Position numbers and translations under genes: made by a program | The notes under the pieces: model-generated | Told to the model about the DNA's origin: nothing | The model's input: only the letters and a program-made list of their open reading frames with translations | The model's database searches: none | Shown: positions 63,307 through 64,000 of the stretch, in pieces | Layout: each line of letters begins with the position of its first letter | Position numbering within the stretch: position 1 is the first letter of the stretch | NCBI GenBank assembly: GCA_965208105.1 | Contig: OZ242318.1 | Span: forward strand, 3,072,001 to 3,136,000 | DNA: 64,000 nucleotides | Reading direction: 5' to 3' | DNA from: Candidatus Latescibacterota bacterium | GTDB lineage: Bacteria; Latescibacterota; UBA2968; UBA8231

Positions 63307-64000
63307 TTCCGGCAGGATGCCAGACCGGAAGGATGGACGTAAATATTTGCGTCTATCCTTTTTTTAGCCGCGAAACTGTATCTGCCAGCCCTCTGGCAGT
63401 TGTTTCTTGGGGTGTGCATCGGATTTCCCTCCTTTGTACATACGCACCTTCCGTCCCCAGGCAAGAGGGGAAGCCTGTTTCGTTTCATTAGAGATCGGCT
63501 TTGGACCTTTCTGCACGTAACCTGATCTGGGAGTGGTGACTGACCATTGCAGCCATTCCTTGTTTCAAGGAGGATCCAAGAGGAAGTGAGCGCCTTTCTA
63601 TGCTCTGTTTTACCAGATTCCTGGTGAAATCGCGCCTGAACTTTGACTTCCGAACATACCTCCTCGGGAAATTCGGGTCCGATGAGAATGCAGATGGGGG
63701 TACACGTGGAAAAATGAACGTCAGACGATTTCTGGATTGTTACACTAAACGCCTCCTAAAACAACTTTCCTCCAATCTGGGGATCCGCCCTCTTTAATTC
63801 TTTTTAGTATCCCTTTGCGACATATGTTTTGAGCCTCAAGGAGAAGATTTTGATTTTCTGGAGTGGCGCCTATGTTACCCGTATGAATAGACTTTGAGGC
63901 CTTTGAGTATGCTTTTCTGAGTGTATTAAAAATTCTAACGCGGTCATTATAATTTTTCCCTAAAAACCATGACCCGTTGGTTGCAATTCGAAAACCGTAC

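Larger units (their letters stand above)
45938..64000. mobile_element. Degenerate tRNA-integrated genomic island (defence/IS-rich), continuing beyond the window
   Basis: att-like tRNA fragment, visible drop in GC and coding density, many IS remnants, integrase remnant, RadC-like and defence-type genes. Confidence 0.8.

Noticed and set aside
60120-64000. CRISPR array or other regular repeat array in the low-coding region
   Set aside because: No regularly spaced repeats seen by eye here or elsewhere in the window, and no cas genes.

Overview
The window has two parts. Positions 1-45,910 are GC-rich, gene-dense chromosome. It carries a MetE-II-like gene with a nucleotidyltransferase, a HicAB pair, a TrpD-like gene, an ABC-ATPase and a GldA/F/G-like ABC cluster. 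It also carries gltBD with a divergent Lrp-like regulator, hpf, gltA, a large C25 peptidase, a heparinase II/III-like lyase, folE2, moaB, a glutaminyl cyclase, floA and a short sigma-70. FlgD-Ig tails and a paired EF-hand/dockerin-like tail suggest an FCB-group bacterium such as Latescibacterota (inference only). From about 45,938 to the window end is a visibly less GC-rich, decaying genomic island that begins at an isolated tRNA 3' end (probable att site). It holds a truncated cysteine desulfurase, IS630/IS3/IS1380 elements and remnants, a PHP+ABC-ATPase (Ppl/TrlF-like) gene, an HNH protein, an ORF-deleted group II intron, an integrase remnant and a RadC-like gene. The best candidate for an undescribed system is not in the ORF track. 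It is a 101-aa membrane-protein gene split by a 96-bp MITE and translationally coupled to a 466-aa protein with a HEPN-like RNxxxxH motif and an SH3/KOW-like module, lying between the HNH and Ppl-like genes. All family calls come from reading motifs by eye; no searches were run.
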